Assembly (NCBI GenBank): GCA_031553755.1
Contig: JAVBKZ010000021.1
Coordinates: 28,251-92,250 of the forward strand
Reading direction: 5' to 3'
DNA from: Bacteroidales bacterium
Lineage (GTDB): Bacteria; Bacteroidota; Bacteroidia; Bacteroidales; Azobacteroidaceae
DNA length: 64,000 nt
Shown here: one piece after another, positions 63,744 to 64,000 of the stretch
How the letters are laid out: the number at the start of each line of letters is the position of its first letter
How positions within the stretch are numbered: the first letter of the stretch is position 1
Notes under the pieces: model-generated
The model's input: the letters and a program-made list of their open reading frames with translations, nothing else
The model's database searches: none
What the model was told of the DNA's origin: nothing
Position numbers and translations under genes: made by a program

Positions 63744-64000
63744 ATGAAAAAGATTTTTTTAGTTTTAGTGACCTTTTTTACTTGCGCGAATGTAATTAAT
63801 GCCCAATGGTCTCCTGCAGGAGATAAAATCAAAACAAAATGGGCGGAAACGTTAAATCCGGATAACGTATTACCTGAATATCCTCGTCCGATAATGGAAC
63901 GTCAGGATTGGATAAATTTAAATGGATTGTGGGATTATGCAATCAAATCAATCGGAGAAAGTAAACCGGAAAAATTCGATGGTAAAATATTAGTACCCTT
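63744..64000 (+). CDS. GH2-family glycosidase, N-terminal fragment (runs off the window)
   Basis: My own translation from the ATG at 63744: MKKIFLVLVTFFTCANVINAQWSPAGDKIKTKWAETLNPDNVLPEYPRPIMERQDWINLNGLWDYAIK. The EYPRP..R..W..LNGLWDY pattern is typical of Bacteroidetes GH2 N-termini. Confidence 0.5.
   Translation, partial: MKKIFLVLVTFFTCANVINAQWSPAGDKIKTKWAETLNPDNVLPEYPRPIMERQDWINLNGLWDYAIKSIGESKPEKFDGKILVP

Overview
AT-rich Bacteroidota-type chromosomal segment. The assignment rests on a SusC/SusD pair, many T9SS-type C-terminal sorting tails, lipoprotein Cys signals and TAnnTTTG -7 boxes. All protein calls come from motif recognition by eye in the supplied translations; no database search was possible.

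Three blocks:

(1) 108-23152, minus strand. A classical polysaccharide utilisation locus (PUL): FecR-like anti-sigma, SusC with an STN signalling extension, SusD, a SusE/F-like lipoprotein, two GH76, GH31, GH3-PA14, a multidomain SGNH esterase and a CBM-only protein. Four of these carry T9SS tails. The expected ECF sigma gene is missing, and a 5'-truncated IS4-family transposase remnant sits where it should be.

(2) 24188-35219. Housekeeping genes: ilvE, a thioredoxin-like protein, a Tat-signal aldo/keto reductase with a Cys-rich tail, kdsB, a saccharopine-dehydrogenase-family gene, glsB-like, bcp, recA, mltG and tRNA-Ser(GCU).

(3) 35711-64000, plus strand. A SusC/D-less degradative cluster mixing CAZymes with proteases and a phosphoesterase. 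Its members are:
- a GH31 with two CBM35-like modules, a GH32, a GH92 and a GH2 fragment;
- two DUF4965/glutaminase-A-like paralogs;
- a calpain-like lipoprotein;
- a signal-peptide-bearing TldD/PmbA pair;
- a purple-acid-phosphatase-like enzyme.
Three members carry T9SS tails.

Most interesting signals:
- Embedded in block 3 is an unusual membrane-spanning regulator with a periplasmic lectin-like plus Kelch sensor and a cytoplasmic SARP/OmpR-type wHTH plus BTAD.
- A heptamer direct repeat, TTAACCC-N5-TTAACCC, occurs just upstream of -7 boxes at two promoters of this cluster. It is a candidate operator for that regulator.
- Many intergenic gaps carry long imperfect hairpins built from tandem 7-9 nt words.

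No CRISPR array, rRNA, intact mobile element or recognisable defence system was seen.
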